A program made the translations under genes and the position numbers. Source: Candidatus Omnitrophota bacterium (GTDB lineage: Bacteria > Omnitrophota > Omnitrophia > Omnitrophales > Aquincolibacteriaceae). Taken from it: a DNA stretch of 56,088 nucleotides. The stretch covers positions 1 to 56,088 of the forward strand of contig JBDRCT010000012.1 of assembly GCA_043821445.1 (NCBI GenBank), read 5' to 3'. Below the pieces are notes generated by a model, which was not told the DNA's origin, searched no databases, and saw only the letters and a program-made list of their open reading frames with translations. Below, in pieces: positions 53,782-56,088 of this stretch (the stretch's first letter is position 1; each line of letters starts with the position of its first letter).

Positions 53782-55466
53782 TTCAACACGCCCGTGCGAA
53801 CCAAGTATCTGGTTCGCACGGGCGCTTCTACACTTGATCCACCGGAGCTTTTAGGAGTGTAGGGCGCATCGCCATCATCGGGCGGCGGAGTCCAATCCGG
53901 CGGGTTTTTCAGATCAAAGTTCATTTCAGGAATATCCCCCCAAAACAAAACTCTTACCTTCTCCGGCGTATAGATCACTTCCTTTACGAGCAGTAAGATC
54001 AGATTTCTTTTTTCATCAAAAGAGAACGTCTCAAACACCTTCGGGAATTCCTTAAAGAGTCTCGAAAAGGTGTCCGCATCGATCACATGCTGGCTCAAAT
54101 GCTGCATATTGGTTTCGATCCGGCGGATCTCGTCTTCCAGTTTCTCCTTCGCTCCTTCCAGATCGGACATTTCCTTCACGATCCCACGCGATCGCTTCTT
54201 GTCCATATCCGCCGTTTTGACGAATTCGATAAGGTTCTTTAATTGCTGGTTGACCTTGGTCAGCTGCGCTCCCGCGCGTTCCTTTTCCTTGCGCAAGGGT
54301 TCCAGCCCCTGCTTGGCGTGGACATTGGCCTTCTCGATGGATCTTTTGAGAAGGGTCTGGTTCTCCCCGAGTGCTTTGAACTTCTGGATAAGAAAATCTT
54401 CCAGTTCATCCGCTGAAACTGTCCGGACCGGGCACGCCTTCTTGTCCTTAATGACCGCGGCGGTGCACCGGTAATAAAGGTACATCTTGCCCTTTTTCTC
54501 CTTTGACGAGTTGGTCATGGTGCTCCTGCAATGCCCGCATGTCACAAGACCCAGGAAGAGCATTTCATATTTATTCTGCTTGAAGGTTTTATGGGTCTCC
54601 CGGTTGCTCACCAGAATATTCTGTACGCTGTCCCAAAGCTTCTTGTCCGTGATGATCGGCTTGTGCTCTCCGTCAAAAATATACTGTTTTCCGTCCTTGT
54701 CCTTGAACCGGACCTTCCCGATATAAAAATGATTGGTCAGGATGTTCGAGATCTTTTTCTTGTCGAATTTCGTGCTCCCCGCCGCGTCCTTTCCACGGAC
54801 GTAGAATTTCTTGGTTCGGTAACCCATTTCGTTAAGCTTCTCGGCGATCGTTCCCATGGAAGCCAGCTTGGGGTAAAGCTCGAAGCAGAGTTGCACGATC
54901 TTGGCTTCTTCCTTGTGGATCACAAGTTTTTTTTTCTTCACGATATATCCGAGAGGGACAAATCCTCCGCACCACATCCCCCGTTTGGCCATGGCGTAGC
55001 GTTTATCGTAGGTCCGTTCCTGCGACATTTCCCGTTCAAATTGGGCGAATTCCAGCATGACGTGAAGAAGGAGCCGCCCTGCCGGAGAGGCCGTATCAAA
55101 ATGTTGGGTGGTGGAAACAAATTTGACGTCATGTTCATTGAAAACTTCAAGAAGGGAGTAAAAATCTTTGTGGTTGCGGGTAAGGCGGTCGATCTTGTAG
55201 ACGACGACGGTCTGGATGCGCTTCCTCTTGATATCTTCGATAAGCTGTTTCAAGGCAGGGCGGTTGAGCGATCCCCCGGATTGCCCGGCATCTTCATAGA
55301 CCTTGAAGACCTTCCATTCGAGGGATTTCTGGCTTTCGATGTAGGCGACGCAGCTGTCCCGCTGGTTATCAAGCGTGGAATAAGCCTGCGTCTCCGCCCG
55401 CTCGTCCACCGAGACCCGCGTATAAACCGCGCAATTAATGGCATTATCTTTCGTGGTTGGGTGCAT
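53733..55466 (-). CDS. Large serine recombinase (integrase) of a tRNA-Asn-targeted element
   Basis: AVYTRVS, EDAGQSGGSLNRPAL, YKIDRLTR, recombinase domain (PLGY, ILTNHFYIG, GEHKPII), zinc ribbon CGHC...YYRC...C, coiled coil; start set at MHPTT (55466). Confidence 0.93.
   Translation of the reverse strand: MHPTTKDNAINCAVYTRVSVDERAETQAYSTLDNQRDSCVAYIESQKSLEWKVFKVYEDAGQSGGSLNRPALKQLIEDIKRKRIQTVVVYKIDRLTRNHKDFYSLLEVFNEHDVKFVSTTQHFDTASPAGRLLLHVMLEFAQFEREMSQERTYDKRYAMAKRGMWCGGFVPLGYIVKKKKLVIHKEEAKIVQLCFELYPKLASMGTIAEKLNEMGYRTKKFYVRGKDAAGSTKFDKKKISNILTNHFYIGKVRFKDKDGKQYIFDGEHKPIITDKKLWDSVQNILVSNRETHKTFKQNKYEMLFLGLVTCGHCRSTMTNSSKEKKGKMYLYYRCTAAVIKDKKACPVRTVSADELEDFLIQKFKALGENQTLLKRSIEKANVHAKQGLEPLRKEKERAGAQLTKVNQQLKNLIEFVKTADMDKKRSRGIVKEMSDLEGAKEKLEDEIRRIETNMQHLSQHVIDADTFSRLFKEFPKVFETFSFDEKRNLILLLVKEVIYTPEKVRVLFWGDIPEMNFDLKNPPDWTPPPDDGDAPYTPKSSGGSSVEAPVRTRYLVRTGVLNGSPAWDRTRDTAVTV
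53789..53824. repeat. Perfect 15-bp inverted repeat just 3' of the tRNA (terminator-like or att-associated)
   Basis: CGCCCGTGCGAACCA-AGTATC-TGGTTCGCACGGGCG; no clear U tract. Confidence 0.7.
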
Positions 55467-55554
55467 AGTGGATAAAATGATACATCCGTTCACCGCAAAA
55501 GAAAAGTTTTTTGTCTTTTGCCCACCGGCAGGTGCGGCCGGTGCGACGGGGGAT

Positions 55555-56088
55555 ATGCTGTATGCGTTGAATACGCTGGACGGTCTTTCTTTAGAGGATC
55601 TTGGAAATGCCCTGGATACGATGGTGCCGGATGTGAGTTCGGGAGTGGCAGATGTCAGCCGTGCGCTGACGGAGAATTCGTTCACGATGATCAGCAACCG
55701 GTTAGGCGGTGCGAGGAACGGCTCGGCTCCTTCGGGCGTTTCAAGCGGGGATATGACGAATGGCGTAGGGGTCTGGATGCATGGTCTCGGAAGTCATATC
55801 GAACAGGATACGTGCAAGGGGATCGAAGGTTACAAGGCGAACACTTGGGGAACCACGATCGGTGTGGATAAGATGCTCGATAACCATTGGCGCATGGGTC
55901 TTGCTGGCGGTTATGGTTGGGCAGGTGTGAAATCAAAAACGCCGGGTAGTCCCTCCGATGATATCAATAGCTATCAGGCGACGATTTACGGGAGTTATGA
56001 TTCCCTGGATCTCAACAAAGCGCGCCAGGGCGGCAAGAAGTCCTATGAGGCGGTGCGCAGCCAGGTCGAGAACTCCTGGTACGTGGAC
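55555..56088 (+). pseudogene. Autotransporter linker and beta-domain fragment (runs off the window), no signal peptide or passenger
   Basis: Open frame absent from the ORF track: ...LDTMVPDVSSG...ISNRLGGAR...GVWMHGLGSHIEQD..KGIEGYKANTWGTTIGVD...GLAGGYG...INSYQATIYGSY; frame opens at about 55477 with no signal peptide. Confidence 0.7.

Noticed and set aside
55467-55697. 77-aa N-terminal extension of the recombinase in the ORF track
   Set aside because: It overlaps the autotransporter frame on the other strand; the catalytic YxRVS motif lies just after Met 55466.

Overview
Bacterial chromosomal window, probably from a diderm PVC-type organism. Candidatus Omnitrophota is my best inference, from the giant signal-peptide protein, the futalosine-pathway mqnD and a lipid A acyltransferase; it is not proven. 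The window opens with the 3' end of a 23S rRNA and a 5S rRNA, carries about 35 mostly housekeeping genes, and ends at a tRNA-Asn(GUU) hit by three mobile elements: a GIY-YIG cassette with a 10-bp duplication at the 5' end, a 275-nt group I intron inside the anticodon (position 35/36), and a large serine recombinase island at the 3' end. The main candidate for a novel system is a divergent gene pair. A 5091-aa signal-peptide protein (4924-20199) has an N-terminal EreA/ChaN/TIKI/RRSP-like putative protease domain followed by unrelated cytoplasmic-type cargo modules: GH13 glucanase, NDP kinase-like, GT35 glucan phosphorylase, UDP-glucose dehydrogenase, multi-HTH and an unknown module. Every module junction carries a conserved R-S-E-x-R peptide (mostly RSEMR) written in varying synonymous codons. 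The 755-aa partner (2361-4628) has the same N-terminal domain but no cargo. This looks like a secreted, self-processing polyprotein chassis. Also seen: several families of 7/8-nt periodic inverted-repeat elements, some inserted in frame in genes; a gamma-glutamyltransferase lacking its catalytic Thr; and several apparently leaderless promoters. All family assignments are by eye from motifs; no searches were run.
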